Shown here one piece after another: positions 1 through 9,829 of a stretch of 64,000 nt of DNA. Numbering within the stretch: position 1 is the stretch's first letter; the number at the start of each line of letters is the position of its first letter. Origin of the DNA: Chitinophaga pinensis (GTDB lineage: Bacteria; Bacteroidota; Bacteroidia; UKL13-3). Both the position numbers and the translations under genes were made by a program. The stretch covers positions 67,542 through 131,541 of the forward strand of contig CAMDHZ010000008.1 in the NCBI GenBank assembly GCA_945898275.1, read 5' to 3'. Below the pieces are notes generated by a model. The model was not told where the DNA came from. It ran no database searches and saw nothing but the letters and a program-made list of their open reading frames with translations.

Positions 1-641
1 CCTTATTTGCAGACAGACAAACAGACCGTATGTTAATGGGTTGGGAAATGCCTGCATCGTATTTCCAATCTATCAATCCTTTGGCTGTTATTATTTTAGC
101 ACCAGTGCTTACGATAGTTTGGGGATTTTTATATAGCAGAAAATTAGAACCATCTTCTCCAAAGAAAATGGCGCTTGGACTTTTATTAGTTGCCTTAGGA
201 TACGTAGTTATTGCAATTGCTGTTAAAGGATTAGGCCTTGGCGATAAAGTGAGCATGATGTGGTTAATTTCTTTATATGTAATTCACTCTATTGGAGAGT
301 TATGTTTGTCGCCAATTGGTTTATCCATGGTTTCCAAATTAGCGCCTCTAAGATTATCATCGCTTATGATGGGAACTTGGTTTTTAGCCAATGCTGCTGC
401 CAATAAATTTGCTGGAACATTGAGTGCTTTAATTCCACCTTCTGGAGATATCGACCCAAGTGTTCCTGTTAAGTACCCTAGCATCATTGGTTTTGAAATT
501 ACCAATTTATATGAATTCTTTATGGTGTTTATTGTAATGACCGGAATTTCTGCTGGCATTTTGTTTATCCTAAGTTCTTGGTTGCAAAAAATGATGAACG
601 AAAACCATAACGAATTTAAACCCGATATGGATGCACATTAA
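1..641 (+). CDS. POT/PTR2-family proton-dependent oligopeptide transporter, C-terminal part (5' end lies upstream of the window)
   Basis: The reading frame is open from nt 3 with no start context. The product is multi-TM and hydrophobic. Its C-terminal half resembles DtpT-like transporters and it is followed by a full-length POT paralogue. Confidence 0.65.
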   Translation, partial: LFADRQTDRMLMGWEMPASYFQSINPLAVIILAPVLTIVWGFLYSRKLEPSSPKKMALGLLLVALGYVVIAIAVKGLGLGDKVSMMWLISLYVIHSIGELCLSPIGLSMVSKLAPLRLSSLMMGTWFLANAAANKFAGTLSALIPPSGDIDPSVPVKYPSIIGFEITNLYEFFMVFIVMTGISAGILFILSSWLQKMMNENHNEFKPDMDAH

Positions 642-647
642 TTTGTC

Positions 648-2156
648 ATGAGCCAATTAACTTTATCAGAAATACAAAATTTTAAAGGCAAGTACCCCAA
701 GCAATTGTGGTACTTGTTTTTTAGTGAAATGTGGGAGCGATTCAGCTTCTATGGCATGCGCGGTATGCTTATCATTTTTATGGTGAGCAAACTTAACATG
801 AACTCAGAGGTGGCAAATCTGCAATATGGCGCAACCCAAGCTTTTGTCTATGCATTCACTTTTGTGGGTGGCATGTTTGCTGATAAGATTTTAGGGTATA
901 GAAAATCCCTATTTTGGGGCGGTATTTTAATGATTATTGGAAGTATTATTTTGGCGGTTGACCCAACACGGTTTTTCTTTACCGGAATTGGTTTTACAAT
1001 TATTGGCACTGGCTTTTTTAAACCCAATATTTCTACTATCGTTGGTAAACTATATGCCGAAGGAGATTCAAGAACCGATGCAGGTTTTTCTCTTTTCTAT
1101 GCTGGAGTTAACCTTGGTGCGCTCATTGGCGGTTATTTATGTATAGCTGTAGCCAATGGTAACCTGTTAGAAAATATTGTTCCGATTGCCTTGCGGTGGA
1201 ATGTAGCCTTTGGTTTTGCCTCTGTAGTAATGGTAATTAGCTTACTCACCTTTGTAAATACCCAAAAAAGTTTAGGAGAAATAGGGGAGTCGCCTTTGCA
1301 AGACTTACCCAAAAATAAAAAGAACCTGTATGAGTGGTTAACCTTTGCAGGCTCGATTGCATTTATTCCAGTAGTGATATTAATGGTTTCTAATGCTGAA
1401 TATACTGATTTATTCATGAAAATTATTGGCCCGTTTTCTTTGTTGTATTTGTTTTATGAAATGAAAAATTTCAATGCCAAAGAAAATAAAAAGCTTTTGG
1501 CTGCCTTGGTATTTATCTTATTCTCTATTTTGTTTTGGGCCTTTTTTGAACAAAGCGGAGGCTCATTAAGCTTGTTTGCTGCCAATAATTTAAACAATGA
1601 ATTGTTAGGCGTTAAGCTTGACCCAAATGGCATTAACAATTCCGCCAACTCGTTTTTTGTGATTGCCTTTGCTGCCTTAGTTGGTATCCTTTGGATATGG
1701 ATGGCAAAACGCAAAATAGAACCTAATACTGTTGTTAAATTTGGACTTGGTTTTCTTTTCTTGGCAGGTGGTTTTTATGTGTTTTATCAAACCCAATTCT
1801 TTGCCAATGAAAATGGTATTACCTCTTTAAATCTATTTGCTTTTGGTTGGTTTATCATCACATTTGGAGAGCTTTGTTTATCTCCAATTGGTATGTCTAT
1901 TATGACAAAATTGTCTCCTCAAAAGTTACAAGCAGTAATGATGGGAATGTGGTTTTTGGCTAGCGCTTATGGACAATATTTAGCCGGAATCTTAGGAGCA
2001 AATATTGCAAGTGCCTCAGAAAATTCTAATAACCTCGATAAACTTATCATTTATACAAATGGCTACAAGCAATTGGCCTTATATGCCTTAATAGCAGGGG
2101 TGGTGCTTATAATCATTTCTCCTTTGGTGAAAAAGTTAATGCAAGAAGTAAAATAG
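648..2156 (+). CDS. POT/PTR2-family di-/tripeptide:proton symporter
   Basis: 502 aa with about 12 TM segments. It carries the PTR2 signature region FSEMWERFSFYGMRGMLIIFM (ExxERFxYYG-type motif). Confidence 0.85.
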   Translation: MSQLTLSEIQNFKGKYPKQLWYLFFSEMWERFSFYGMRGMLIIFMVSKLNMNSEVANLQYGATQAFVYAFTFVGGMFADKILGYRKSLFWGGILMIIGSIILAVDPTRFFFTGIGFTIIGTGFFKPNISTIVGKLYAEGDSRTDAGFSLFYAGVNLGALIGGYLCIAVANGNLLENIVPIALRWNVAFGFASVVMVISLLTFVNTQKSLGEIGESPLQDLPKNKKNLYEWLTFAGSIAFIPVVILMVSNAEYTDLFMKIIGPFSLLYLFYEMKNFNAKENKKLLAALVFILFSILFWAFFEQSGGSLSLFAANNLNNELLGVKLDPNGINNSANSFFVIAFAALVGILWIWMAKRKIEPNTVVKFGLGFLFLAGGFYVFYQTQFFANENGITSLNLFAFGWFIITFGELCLSPIGMSIMTKLSPQKLQAVMMGMWFLASAYGQYLAGILGANIASASENSNNLDKLIIYTNGYKQLALYALIAGVVLIIISPLVKKLMQEVK

Positions 2157-2182
2157 TTTCCTATAAACCTTATTTTTATAAA

Positions 2183-2215
2183 AGGGACTTGGTTCAAACC
2201 GAGCCCCTTTTTTTT
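2183..2215 (+). terminator. Rho-independent terminator after the POT operon
   Basis: A GC-rich hairpin GGGACTTGG...CCGAGCCCC is followed by a T8 run. The loop holds a copy of the iterated GGTTCAAACC motif. Confidence 0.5.
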
Positions 2216-2219
2216 ATAT

Positions 2220-2945
2220 TTGACCATGCTGCAAAATGTAGATTTAACCAAAATATTGGTGTTAGACATCGAAACGGTGCCACAGTATTCTTCCTACGAA
2301 AAAATGCCAGAAACATGGCAATACCTTTGGAAGAAAAAGGCTGCCTCTCTTAAAAAAGAAGAAGACCAAACGGAAATAGATATCTATCCACGTGCGGGTA
2401 TTTATGCCGAGTTTGGTAAAATAGTCTGCATTTCTTGTGGGTTTTTTAGTAAAAATGGAAGCGAATATTTGTTTAGGGTAAAGTCGTTTTATGGGGAAGA
2501 AGAGAAACAGTTGTTGTATGAGTTTTCGGCCATGCTCAATACCCATTTCAATAAACCCGATCATTCTTTGTGTGCCCACAATGGTAAAGAATTCGATTAT
2601 CCATTTATTGCCAGGAGATGTTTGCTGAATGGATTGGAAATTCCCGCGATTTTAGATATAGCAGGTAAAAAACCATGGGAAATAAGCCTATTAGACACCA
2701 TGGAATTATGGAAGTTTGGCGATTATAAAAGTTATACTTCTTTGGAATTATTGGCCGCTTCTTTTAATATTCCTACACCTAAAGATGATATTGATGGGAG
2801 CATGGTTTGGAAGGTGTATTGGGAAGAAAACAACTTAGAACGCATTAATACGTATTGCCAAAAAGATGTGGTAACCACAGCTCAATTGTTGTTGCGGTTT
2901 AAAAATGAAAAGCTCCTGCAAGAATCGCAAGTGCAATTGCTTTGA
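2220..2945 (+). CDS. Predicted 3'-5' exonuclease, RNase H-like fold (related to the PolB exonuclease domain, COG3298-like)
   Basis: The product has the motifs ILVLDIETVP (Exo I DxE) and CAHNGKEFDYPF (Exo II-like). A TAnnTTTG-like element TATATTTG at 2212..2219 lies immediately upstream. Confidence 0.5.
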   Translation: MTMLQNVDLTKILVLDIETVPQYSSYEKMPETWQYLWKKKAASLKKEEDQTEIDIYPRAGIYAEFGKIVCISCGFFSKNGSEYLFRVKSFYGEEEKQLLYEFSAMLNTHFNKPDHSLCAHNGKEFDYPFIARRCLLNGLEIPAILDIAGKKPWEISLLDTMELWKFGDYKSYTSLELLAASFNIPTPKDDIDGSMVWKVYWEENNLERINTYCQKDVVTTAQLLLRFKNEKLLQESQVQLL

Positions 2946-2996
2946 GAATTAATAGTACATTCTTTGCTAGAAAAACTATGAATTTTCTGAATTAGA

Positions 2997-3389
2997 TTAT
3001 TTTTCCCAAGGGTTGATTAATTTTAAACCAATAATGGCGTTAAAGTCAGTAATATTTCGACTAAGTAAAGTAAGCCCATAAACGGAAGCTGTTGCAGCTA
3101 TAATTGCATCAGGTAATTTAATTTTGTGAATTCTTCGAATTTCTGCTGTTTTAGTTTTTATCTCTTTTTCTAACTCTATTACTAATGAATCATTTATAAA
3201 ATTTCTCAAAATTTCAAGGTCATAAGGTGTAGCTGTTTTCCAACAAAGCAATTCAATTTCTGTAATAGCCGAAATAACTGGTCGTTCGCTTATTAAAAGT
3301 TCATCTATAAAGATTTCAGCATTGGCTGGGAATTGCTGTTGCAAATAATAAATCACTGTATTTGTATCCCATAAATAATTTACTCCCAT
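2997..3389 (-). CDS. vapC: PIN-domain ribonuclease toxin, VapC-like
   Basis: 130 aa. The PIN acidic residues are in place (LWDTNTVI, ITEIELL, DAIIAATA, NITDF). It overlaps the upstream small ORF by 10 nt. Confidence 0.75.
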   Translation of the reverse strand: MGVNYLWDTNTVIYYLQQQFPANAEIFIDELLISERPVISAITEIELLCWKTATPYDLEILRNFINDSLVIELEKEIKTKTAEIRRIHKIKLPDAIIAATASVYGLTLLSRNITDFNAIIGLKLINPWEK

Positions 3390-3595
3390 TCTTCACGAAG
3401 TTCATTTAGCTGATTATCAATTTCGGACAAAGATTGCTTGGACATTGCTCCTTTATATTTATACTCCCAATTAGTTAAATTTTCAGCATGTTGACTTACT
3501 TTTCTCAGTCGAATAAGTTGTAGCTGCTCTAAATCCTGAAGAAGCTTAATAGCCTTATCGTTTATGATATCAATTGTAATCGTTTGCATAAACAA
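3380..3595 (-). CDS. Putative antitoxin partner of VapC (DUF2281-like)
   Basis: 71-aa ORF immediately upstream of the PIN gene and overlapping it, which is the usual type II TA arrangement. Confidence 0.5.
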   Translation of the reverse strand: MFMQTITIDIINDKAIKLLQDLEQLQLIRLRKVSQHAENLTNWEYKYKGAMSKQSLSEIDNQLNELREEWE

Positions 3596-3693
3596 ATTTA
3601 TTTAAAATATTTTAACTGTTCTAAAATATTTTGATTACAAATTAAATGCGCTAGAATTGTTTTCGTCTTTGCCCTTAAGTAACTAAATTTCAC

Positions 3694-4812
3694 CTAAGTC
3701 CCTAATTTCTGCATCAAGTTTTGAATAATCCCGCTCCAGCTATAGGTTTCAAAAAATTGTTTGGGTAATGTGTTTCGGTTTGAACCAAAATGCGTTTGAA
3801 TCAGTTGAATAAATGCATCCCAATCGTTGTCTTTGGCAATTTTGAGATGATCGCCACAAACCTTTGGGTCAATTCCTTCTGCACCTGTAACAGTTGAAAT
3901 TACCGTTTGGCCTCTTCCCAAAGTATCAATGGCCTTGGTTTTAACGCCACCTCCGCTTAGAATGGGATTAATCATAACATCGACACCATCAATATAAGTT
4001 TCGATGTCTTCTACAAAGCCTAGGTAATGGCAATTTTTTAGAACAGAAATGCCTTGAACCAATTCTGCTGGTAAGTTCTTGCCACAAATAAGGATGCTAA
4101 ACGTTTCTCCAATTTGTTGTTGTAGGCGAGGATAGATTTCATCCTTAATAAAAGCCACTGCATCGTAATTAGGTTTATAGCTTAGCGTTGCAAAAAACAA
4201 CAATAACTTATGTGTTGATGGAAGCTGGTGCCTCTCAAGCAATATCTGGCGCGCATTTTCAGTCTTGGTTGGCAATTCACTTTGTGGAATACCATATGGG
4301 GTGAGTAAGGTTTGGTTCAAACCTAAACCAAATTGCTGGATTGCTTTTTGTTGGTCTATGTCACTCACAAAAATCACCAAATTACTTTGCCTATAAACAA
4401 ATCTTTCATACACGTAAAGCAGGCGCCACCAAGGTTTCCCCATGCTTTTAAAGCGCAGGTATTCTATGTTATTGCTTCTTAAGAAAACTTTTTTGCCCGT
4501 AAGCCATTTGATAAAAGGAATCATCCAACCCATCCAAGGTTGGTCAAAGAAAATGGCATCTGCTTCAAAAGCGTTTATTTTTTTCAGCAGCTTAGGAAGT
4601 AAAAATACATTGGCATACCTAGAAGCTTTAAAGCGCATTCCAAATTCTAATTGAAAGCTAAATGCTTTGGGATTTATGGGTTGATAAGGGTCAACCGTAA
4701 ACACCATCACCTCATTTACCCTTGCCATGTACTCCAAAATGTTTTGGGTAGAAATTTCTCCACCGGTGGTGGCTGGCAAAAAGGGATAAGAGATGATGGC
4801 GTAGATTTTCAA
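3694..4812 (-). CDS. Glycosyltransferase family 4 (GT-B, group 1)
   Basis: 372 aa. The C-terminal GT1 motif reads GGGVKTKAIDTLGRGQTVISTVTGAEGI and includes the E-x7-E region. Confidence 0.8.
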   Translation of the reverse strand: MKIYAIISYPFLPATTGGEISTQNILEYMARVNEVMVFTVDPYQPINPKAFSFQLEFGMRFKASRYANVFLLPKLLKKINAFEADAIFFDQPWMGWMIPFIKWLTGKKVFLRSNNIEYLRFKSMGKPWWRLLYVYERFVYRQSNLVIFVSDIDQQKAIQQFGLGLNQTLLTPYGIPQSELPTKTENARQILLERHQLPSTHKLLLFFATLSYKPNYDAVAFIKDEIYPRLQQQIGETFSILICGKNLPAELVQGISVLKNCHYLGFVEDIETYIDGVDVMINPILSGGGVKTKAIDTLGRGQTVISTVTGAEGIDPKVCGDHLKIAKDNDWDAFIQLIQTHFGSNRNTLPKQFFETYSWSGIIQNLMQKLGT

Positions 4813-4862
4813 GAGTTAAATAAATTATTTTTCTATTTCTTTGCATTATATAATTTTAAAGT

Positions 4863-6333
4863 CATGAAAACAAAACTTCCCCTTTTGCTTCTTTTAAACT
4901 GTATCTTTTTCACTTCCTTTTCTCAAATTACTGTAAACCTTAGGCCAAATGTAAACCAAGGTAAAGATGCCTTAATTAACAGTCAAACCCCTACAACAAA
5001 TGAAGGGAATTCTCAAGACTTCGCTTGTTGGACTTGGACCAGCAATGGTCCTACAATTGCTAGGTCGTTAATGCAGTTCGACTTAACGGCTATTCCAGCA
5101 AATGCAATTATTCAGTCGGCCACATTAAACTTATATTGTAATACTACCTCGGCAATTACTCAACTTCATTATGGTTCAAATAATTCATTTTTAAAAAGAA
5201 TAACTAATTCTTGGCAAGAAAGCACAGTTACTTGGATTACCCAACCTTCTACCACTTCAATTGATCAAGTCACCCTGAGTGAAAGTGTTTCAAGCAACCA
5301 AAATTATCTCAACATTGATTTAAAAAACATGGTAAGTACTTGGGTTGCTGATTCAAATGAAAATTTTGGATTAATGCTACAATTACAAACTGAATCAATT
5401 TATAGAAGTTTAATTCTTGCTTCAAGTGACCACGGGGATTCTACCAAACGTCCATTACTAACAGTAACATACACTATGCCTACCACAGGACCAAGTGATT
5501 GTATCACCATCGTGCCAAATGCTGCTACTGGAAAGGATGCAATGATTGAATTAAGAAATTCTACTGTAAACTCAAATTTTGGCAATAATGTTGATTTTGC
5601 AACTTGGAGTTGGACATTGACGGGAGAACCTACTATTACTAGAAGTTTGATTGAGTTTCAATTACCGACCTTGCCACAAGGGGCCACCATGACAAGTGCA
5701 AAGTTGAGTTTAAAATGTAACACTACATCTTCAATTCCTCAATTACATAGTGGGGCGAATTCATCTATTCTTAAGAGGATTACAGGAACATGGAATGAAT
5801 CAACAGTTACTTGGAATAATCAACCTAGTGCTACAAACAACAATCAAGTATTTTTGAATGCATCAACAAGCAATAATCAAGATTATAATGATATTGAAAT
5901 TATTGGTTTGGTAAATGATGCTAAAGCAGCAAATCAAACTGCGATAGGATTAAGCTTAAGTTTGGTTGATGAGAATGATTATCGAAGCTTAATTTTCGCT
6001 TCAAGTGATCACGTTGATGCTGCCAAAAGACCAAGTTTGAAAATTTGTTTTACGTTGCCAAATAACCATAGCGAACAAGCCTTTTCAAGAAACATTAGTG
6101 TTTTTCCAAATCCCGTTTTTGATGGGAAGTTAAACGTTAAGATGGAAAATGCTCAAGGAAACACAATGGAATATTTTCTTTATTCAATCGCTGGAAACAA
6201 ATGCAAGGAAGGTAGTTTAGAAAATTCAAATAGCATATTAGTTGGTGATTTATCCAATGGTGTTTATCAATTGGTGGTGATCAATTCAAGTGGGTCAAGA
6301 ACTGTTTTACCAATTGTAATCTCTAACCAATAG
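4863..6333 (+). CDS. Secreted T9SS cargo protein with two tandem ~190-aa internal repeats (DNRLRE-like, WxESTVTWxxQPS-containing domains)
   Basis: I took the start at the signal peptide MKTKLPLLLLLNCIFFTSFSQ (4863) rather than the listed 4651, which would overlap the convergent GT gene. The two repeat units are near-identical (…CWTWTSNGPTIARSL…NSWQESTVTWITQPS vs …ATWSWTLTGEPTITRSL…GTWNESTVTWNNQPS). The C-terminal sorting domain reads VFPNPVFDG…. Confidence 0.6.
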
Positions 6334-6339
6334 TTAACC

Positions 6340-6879
6340 TTGGCTGAACAAAATGTTGTATTGAATAACCTTACTTTTGAATTACACATTCAGAACTCAG
6401 AAATTGAATTAAGAATAACGCAACTAGCAAAATTATTGGCAAAAGGGCATTCAAACGCCAATCCACTCTTCATATCAGTACTCAATGGTTCCTTTATTTT
6501 TGCTGCAGATTTGCTTAGGCAACTCGATTTTGCCTGCGAAATAGAGTTTGTAAAAGTGAGTAGTTATGCAGGAACCCAAAGCACTAGAGAGGTTAAACAA
6601 GTGTTGGGATTAAGTAAATCTATAGAAAATAGGACAGTAATTATCCTCGAAGATATTATCGATTCTGGTTTAACCATGGATTTTTTACTCTGCGACTTGG
6701 CTCGGTTCAAACCGAAACAAATAGAAATTTGTACTTTATTATTGAAACCGGAAGCTTTAAAAGTAAAACTTCCGGTTAATTATATTGGTTTTGAAGTAGC
6801 CAATGATTTTTTAGTAGGATATGGCCTAGATTATGATGGCCATGGCAGAAATTTGCCACATATTTATAAAGCGGTTTGA
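6340..6879 (+). CDS. hpt: Hypoxanthine phosphoribosyltransferase
   Basis: 179 aa with the PRPP-binding motif VIILEDIIDSGLT. The stop codon TGA lies inside a copy of the GGTTTGAACC motif. Confidence 0.85.
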   Translation: MAEQNVVLNNLTFELHIQNSEIELRITQLAKLLAKGHSNANPLFISVLNGSFIFAADLLRQLDFACEIEFVKVSSYAGTQSTREVKQVLGLSKSIENRTVIILEDIIDSGLTMDFLLCDLARFKPKQIEICTLLLKPEALKVKLPVNYIGFEVANDFLVGYGLDYDGHGRNLPHIYKAV

Positions 6880-6891
6880 ACCCAGCTTTAA

Positions 6892-7353
6892 TTAAGCCAT
6901 TTTTACATTTACAGCCTGCGGGCCTTTATGGTTAGTTTCTATTTCGAAACTCACTTTGTTGCCTTCTTTGATATTTACAGTTAAACCAGATGAATGCACA
7001 AATACGCCTTCCTTAGTTTTGTCGTCTTTGATAAACCCATAACCTTTACTTTCATTAAAAAAGGTTACTATACCTGTGCGATGTGGGTCATATATCTCTG
7101 CCACTTGCTTGGCAACACCTATTTCGATATCTTCTAATTTAAATTCTTTTTTCCTGCTAGGATCTGGTGGAACCGAAGTTAAGTTTCCATTTTCATCAAC
7201 ATAAGCCATCATGTGCTCCATGCCCATACCTTTTGAAGAACTAGATTTTCTTTGCTCTTTCTTTTCTTCTTTTTCTTTACGCTTGCGTACTTTTTGTTTT
7301 TCTTTTTCCTTCTTGCTGAAGGTTTCTTGTGATTTTGCCATATAAGTTAACAA
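6892..7353 (-). CDS. Cold-shock-domain protein with a K/E-rich N-terminal extension
   Basis: The C-terminal CSD has RNP-like motifs GIVTFFNESKGYGFI and VFVHSS. The N-terminal part is lysine/glutamate-rich low complexity. Confidence 0.75.
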   Translation of the reverse strand: MLTYMAKSQETFSKKEKEKQKVRKRKEKEEKKEQRKSSSSKGMGMEHMMAYVDENGNLTSVPPDPSRKKEFKLEDIEIGVAKQVAEIYDPHRTGIVTFFNESKGYGFIKDDKTKEGVFVHSSGLTVNIKEGNKVSFEIETNHKGPQAVNVKMA

Positions 7354-7500
7354 AGATAATTGTTTATCTAACAGATTTTGAATTATTTTTCAACTTATTT
7401 TGGTTTGTTTTTCACAAAAAGACTGTTCAACTTTTATTTTTTTATAAAAATCATTTGACTAACCCAAATTATACTTTTTATTCGCATCAAAATTAATTCT

Positions 7501-8073
7501 ATGCTCAACCTTGTATTATTTGGACCTCCTGGCGCAGGCAAAGGCACTCAATCAGCCAAACTTATTGATAAATACCATTTGGTACATCTTTCGACAGGCG
7601 ATATTTTTAGAGCCAATATCAAAGGTGGGACTGAATTAGGCGTGCTTGCAAAAAGTTATATCGACAAGGGTCAGCTTGTTCCAGATGAAGTTACTATTGG
7701 TATGCTTGCCGATGAAGTAAATAAATCAGCAGATGCAAAAGGATTTATCTTTGATGGCTTCCCAAGAACTTCTGCTCAAGCCCAAGCCTTGGATAACCTT
7801 TTATCTGAAAAAGGTACCGCAATTTCTATGATGTTGGCTTTGGAAGTTGAGGAGGAAGAACTCAAGAAGCGTTTGCTTATTAGAGGCAAAGACAGTGGCC
7901 GACCAGATGACCAAGACCCAACGATTATTCAAAATAGAATCAATGTTTACAATGCCGAAACAATGCCTGTAAAGACTTTTTATGAAGGTCAGGGAAAGTA
8001 CCACGGTATCAATGGAATTGGTGAAATTGAAGATATTTTCAATTCACTTTGCGAACATATTGACAGGCCATAA
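7501..8073 (+). CDS. adk: Adenylate kinase
   Basis: It has the P-loop LVLFGPPGAGKGTQS and an ADK LID/NMP-binding layout. Confidence 0.9.
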   Translation: MLNLVLFGPPGAGKGTQSAKLIDKYHLVHLSTGDIFRANIKGGTELGVLAKSYIDKGQLVPDEVTIGMLADEVNKSADAKGFIFDGFPRTSAQAQALDNLLSEKGTAISMMLALEVEEEELKKRLLIRGKDSGRPDDQDPTIIQNRINVYNAETMPVKTFYEGQGKYHGINGIGEIEDIFNSLCEHIDRP

Positions 8074-8093
8074 TATTTGGTCCTTTGTGTTGA

Positions 8094-8130
8094 AGCCTGC
8101 AAAAGCTATCTTTGCAGGCATTTTTAATTT
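8094..8130 (+). terminator. Rho-independent terminator after adk
   Basis: A 9-bp stem GCCTGCAAA/TTTGCAGGC with a 7-nt loop is followed by ATTTTTAATTT. Confidence 0.45.
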
Positions 8131-8137
8131 ATAGCAC

Positions 8138-9139
8138 ATGGCCGAGTCTAATTTTGTTGATTACGTAAAAATCTGTTGCCGCAGTGGAAAAGGCGGAGCA
8201 GGTGCCATGCATTTTCACCGCGACAAGCATACTACCAAGGGCGGCCCTGATGGCGGAGATGGCGGCCGAGGTGGTAATATCCTACTGAAAGGAAGCGCAA
8301 ATGTTTGGACGCTTTTACATTTAAAATTCAGAAAACATGTTATTGCAGAACCTGGCAATAACGGAGAATCTGCCCTTAGAAGCGGTAAGGATGGCAAAGA
8401 TGAAATCATTGAAGTACCCTTAGGAACAGTTGCTAAAGATGCCGATACTGGTGAAGTTCTCTTTGAGATTACCAATGTAGGAGAAACTCATGTGCTTTTA
8501 GCAGGAGGTAGAGGTGGGCAGGGAAACCACCATTTTAAATCTTCTACCAACCAAACCCCACGACATTCGCAACCAGGAGAAGAAGGTAAGGAAGAGTGGA
8601 AAGTTCTTGAGTTGAAAATATTAGCAGATGTTGGTTTGGTAGGATTTCCAAATGCTGGGAAGTCAACCTTGTTATCAGTTGTAACTGCTGCAAAACCTGC
8701 TATTGCAGATTATCCTTTTACTACCTTGGTGCCAAATTTAGGAATTGTAAAATATAGAGAATACCAGTCTTTTGTTATGGCAGATATTCCAGGAATCATT
8801 GAAGGCGCCCACGAAGGAAAAGGTTTAGGTACTCGTTTTTTAAGGCACATTGAAAGAAATGCAACTTTGTTGTTTATGATTCCAGCCACCTCAGCAAACA
8901 TCAAAGACGATTTTGCAGTTTTAAAAAGGGAACTCAAACTTTACAATAAAGAATTGCTTAATAAATCTCGTTTGTTGGCAATTACCCAATGTGATTTGGT
9001 AAGTAAAGAAGAAATAAAAGCCATTAAAAAGCTGTTGCCTCGCGTGCCACATGTTTTTATTAGCTCAGCTACTGGAATGGGAATTGATGAATTAAAAGAT
9101 AAACTTTACGACTTAATTCATAATTCAACCGACCTTTAA
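8138..9139 (+). CDS. obg: GTPase Obg/CgtA
   Basis: The N-terminal Obg fold is glycine-rich ([10 protein letters not shown]). G1 [10 protein letters not shown]3 DIPG and G4 TQCD motifs are present. Confidence 0.9.
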   Translation: MAESNFVDYVKICCRSGKGGAGAMHFHRDKHTTKGGPDGGDGGRGGNILLKGSANVWTLLHLKFRKHVIAEPGNNGESALRSGKDGKDEIIEVPLGTVAKDADTGEVLFEITNVGETHVLLAGGRGGQGNHHFKSSTNQTPRHSQPGEEGKEEWKVLELKILADVGLVGFPNAGKSTLLSVVTAAKPAIADYPFTTLVPNLGIVKYREYQSFVMADIPGIIEGAHEGKGLGTRFLRHIERNATLLFMIPATSANIKDDFAVLKRELKLYNKELLNKSRLLAITQCDLVSKEEIKAIKKLLPRVPHVFISSATGMGIDELKDKLYDLIHNSTDL

Positions 9140-9627
9140 ACCTTAGTTTCTTCAAAAGAGCCAGTTTGTTTGTTTTTGCGGCAATTGTCCCAAGTAAAAC
9201 ATTTTCCATTCATGGCAATATACACACCATGAGGCAAGGTTTGAGCAAAAGCTAGTGCGCTTCCAAGGTTAAATAAACCGTCGCTAGAGCCAAATTTATA
9301 GGGAATCATTGCGCCAGTTATAACGATAGTTTTGTTTTTTACGGTTTGAGCCAAAAAAGCGCCAGTGTCAGTCATTGTATCAGTGCCATGCGTGATGACA
9401 ATGCGTTCTTCTTCACAATTTTCGCAATTTTCTGCAATTAATTTGCGATCACTATCTGTCATGTCTAAGCTATCAATAAGCATTAACGTGCGAATGGAGA
9501 GGTCTAATTTACTGCGACCAAGTTTTAAAATTTCATGAATGTGACTGTCTTGAAAAAAAAGCTTTCCAGTTAATTCATTGTATTCTTTATCAAAAGTGCC
9601 ACCTGTTACAAATAATCTGATTGCCAT
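9136..9627 (-). CDS. Asparaginase N-terminal-domain protein (short, 163 aa)
   Basis: It carries VTGGTFD and [11 protein letters not shown], both L-asparaginase family signatures. Only the N-terminal domain is present. It is convergent with obg and overlaps it by 4 nt. Confidence 0.55.
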   Translation of the reverse strand: MAIRLFVTGGTFDKEYNELTGKLFFQDSHIHEILKLGRSKLDLSIRTLMLIDSLDMTDSDRKLIAENCENCEEERIVITHGTDTMTDTGAFLAQTVKNKTIVITGAMIPYKFGSSDGLFNLGSALAFAQTLPHGVYIAMNGKCFTWDNCRKNKQTGSFEETKV

Positions 9628-9829
9628 AATGCAAAGAAAAGAATTTATTGGATATGTTTTCCGTATTCATCTGATTCGCAAATTTGACAATCATATTCAA
9701 ACATATTTAAACGCTAATTGTCATAATTTTCTACAACATTTATAGATTAAGCCATTACGCCACAATTCTTGTATTTTAAAGTGAATTGCATAGTTTCGTA
9801 GCTTCATTTATAATTTATCATCTAAATTA

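Noticed and set aside
937-2269. Several small internal or antisense ORFs within the POT transporter genes (937..1146, 1133..1417, 1454..1714, 2063..2269)
   Set aside because: They are embedded in a long gene with clear family signatures and are hydrophobic-mirror artefacts.
4651-4862. 5' extension of the T9SS repeat-protein ORF as listed in the track (start 4651)
   Set aside because: It would overlap the convergent glycosyltransferase gene by more than 160 nt and precede a clear signal peptide (MKTKLPLLLLL…) that starts at 4863. The extension looks like read-through of an open frame, not coding sequence.
8215-8475. 86-aa minus-strand ORF with a Pro/Ser-rich product inside obg
   Set aside because: It is antisense to the glycine-rich Obg N-terminal domain, where GGN/GGC codons read as PP/PS on the other strand. 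It is a compositional artefact.
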